From NCBI RefSeq assembly GCF_009914755.1, contig NC_060947.1: a stretch of DNA of 64,000 bases, one strand, 5' to 3'. Under the pieces are notes generated by a model. The model saw nothing but the letters and a program-made list of their open reading frames with translations, searched no databases and had not been told where the DNA came from. The DNA is from the human T2T-CHM13v2.0 reference genome, Homo sapiens. Positions 58,690-64,000 of the stretch are shown here, piece by piece. Made by a program: the position numbers and the translations under genes. Position 1 is the stretch's first letter; every line of letters begins with the position of its first letter.

Positions 58690-60095
58690 GATTGAAAATA
58701 TAGATGAAGTAGCCATTTTAAGACAAAAAAAACTGAGCTGATAGAGCTGAAAAACTCACTTCAAGAATTTCATAATACTTTCACAAGTATTAACAGCAGA
58801 ATAGATCAAGCTAAGGAAAGATTCTCAGAGATTGAAGGCTAGTTCTTCAAATCAACTAGTCAGGCAAAAATAAACAAATAAAGAATAATAAAGAATAAGT
58901 GAAAACTCCAAGAAAAGTGGAATTATGTAAAGAGGCCCAACCTATGATTCATTGGCATCACTGAAAGAGAGGGAGAGAAAGCAAGCAACTTGAAAATTAT
59001 ATTTCAGGATTTTGTTTCTGAAAATATCCCCAACCTTGCTAGATAGGCCAACATTCCAACTGAGGAAATGCAGAGAAGCCATGTGAGATAATACAGAAGA
59101 CAACAATCTGCAAGACCCATAGTCATATTTTTCAAGATCAATGTGAAAAAAATATTAAAGGCAGCCAGAGTGGAGGGGCAGATCATCTACAAAGGGAACA
59201 CTCAGTCTAACAACAGACCATTCAGCAGAAACACTACAAACCCAAAGAAACTGGAGGCCTATATTCAGCATTCTTAAAGAAAAGAAATTCCAACCAAGAA
59301 TTTCATATCCAGCCAAACTAAGTTTCATAAACAAAGGAGAAATAAAATATTTTCAGACTAGCAAATTTAAGGGAATTCATTACCACCAGACCTGCCTTAC
59401 AAGAGGTCCTTTAAAAGGGAGTGCTAAATATGGAAATAAAAGACTATTAATGGCCACCACAACACACACTTAACTATAAAGCAAACACAAAATGAATTCT
59501 GCATAATAATCAGCTACCAATGCAATGACAGGACCAAGTTTGCACAAATCAATATTAATCTCAAATGTAAATTTCCCAATTAAAAGGCAAAGTGACAAGT
59601 TGAAAAAAGAAACAAGATTTAAATGTATGCTGTCTTCCAGAGACCTGTGATACATGCAATTACACCCATAGACTCAACATAAAGAAATGGAGAAAATACC
59701 AAGCAAATGAGGAAAAAAAAAAAAAAATAAAACCCAGAGGTTGTCATTCTAATTTCAGACAAAACAGACTTTAAATTGACAAAAATCAAAAAAGACAAAG
59801 AAAGGCATTACATAATGCTAAAGGGTTCAATTCAACAAGAAGACTTAACTATCCTAAATATATATACATCAACACAGGAACACCGAAATTCCTAAAATAA
59901 CTTAGTGACCTATGAAGAGACTTATGTAATCACACTGTAACAGTGGAAGACTTCAACACCCCACTGTCACTACTACACAAAACAATGAGGGAGAGAGCTA
60001 ACAAAGATATTCAGAACTTGAACTTGACACTTGACCAAATTGACCCAACAGATATTACAGAACTCTGCACCCGCAAACAAAAGAGTATGCATTTA
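58690..60095 (+). mobile_element. Old L1P ORF1/EN fragment
   Basis: ttccaaccaagaatttcatatccagccaaactaag (ORF1 YPAKL); gaagacttcaacaccccactgtc (EN DFNTPL). Confidence 0.85.
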
Positions 60096-60099
60096 GTTT

Positions 60100-60850
60100 T
60101 CCTTTGTTTTTTTTTTCTAACTTTTAATTTAGGTTTAGGGTTAAAAGGTTTGTTATATGGCTAAACTCGTGCCATGGGAGTTTGTCATACAGATTATTTC
60201 ATCATCCAGGTAGTAAGCCTAGTATCCAATAGTAATGTTTTCTGCTCCTCTCCCTTCTCTGACCCTTCACCCTCAAGTAGACTCTAGTGTTTTTTCCTCC
60301 CTTCTTTGTGTCAATAAGTTCTCATTATTTAGCTCTCACTTAAGAGTGAAAACATGCAGTGTTTGGTTTTCTGTTCCTGCATTAGTTAGCTAAGAATAAT
60401 AGCCTCCAGCTTCATCCATGTTTCCACAAAAGACATGATCTTGTTCTATGACTGCATAGTATTCCATGGTGTATATACACCACATATTCTTTATCCAATC
60501 TGTAATCTATGGTCATTTGAGTAAATTCCTTGGCTTTGCTATTGTGACTGGTGCTACAATGAGCATGTGTGTGTCTTTATGTGGGTGTCTTTATGGTAGA
60601 ATGATTTTATTAGTCTGGGTATATACCCAGTAATGGGATTGCTGGGCTGAATGCTATTTCTGTTTTTAGCTCTTTGAGGAATCACATACTGCTTTCCACA
60701 ATGGTTGAACAAATTTACACTTGCAGCAGCAGTGCATAAGTGTTCCCCTTTTTCCATAATCTTGCCAGCATCTGTTGTTTTTTGACTTTTTTATTTCTAG
60801 CCATTATGTCTGGTGTGAGAAGGTATCTCATGGTTTTGATTTGCATTTTT
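60100..60850 (-). mobile_element. L1PA13-like 3' fragment
   Basis: tttaggtttagggtt...aaactcgtgccatgggagtttgtcatacagattatttcatc; interrupted by a younger L1. Confidence 0.8.

Positions 60851-64000
<3,150 letters not shown>

Noticed and set aside
58690-60850. Twin-primed (5'-inverted) single L1
   Set aside because: The plus piece abuts the poly(T) tail of the minus piece, which fits a nested insertion rather than twin priming.

Overview
Primate (human-like) genomic DNA: AT-rich, CpG-depleted, no CpG island and no host protein-coding exon I can recognise. By my rough sum about 55-60% is LINE-1, a density typical of chrX or L1-rich G-bands (inference only). Most of the rest is Alu, MIR, L2, CR1/L3, MaLR/ERV LTRs and a Tigger3 DNA transposon, often nested with readable target-site duplications (TSDs). 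All long ORFs in the track are broken L1 ORF1/ORF2, antisense shadows, or Alu/MaLR-derived. Main elements: a full-length L1PA3-like copy (12832-18982, minus; retains the ~129-bp ZNF93 segment; ORF0 altered) inside an older L1PA15/16-like copy; a full-length L1PA7-like copy (23010-29446); complete THE1 (32572-34837) and MST (38509-41417) proviruses; and a multi-layer LTR nest (46323-49305). The observations not explained by simple repeat annotation are: a 36-nt tailless U2 snRNA retrocopy with TSDs inside a well-formed candidate + strand exon (55153-55246); a candidate octamer/ETS/TATA promoter with first-exon donor in the main unique block (~49.4-51.9 kb); a recursive-splice-like CAG|GTACGT motif (312-320); a scrambled L1/MER4 segment at the TSD-less 5' end of the L1PA7; and an inverted copy of an LTR segment bracketing an STR cluster. 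I cannot support a new biological system. The best hypothesis is an unannotated or non-coding + strand spliced transcript. Subfamily names come from remembered consensus motifs and need RepeatMasker/Dfam confirmation.
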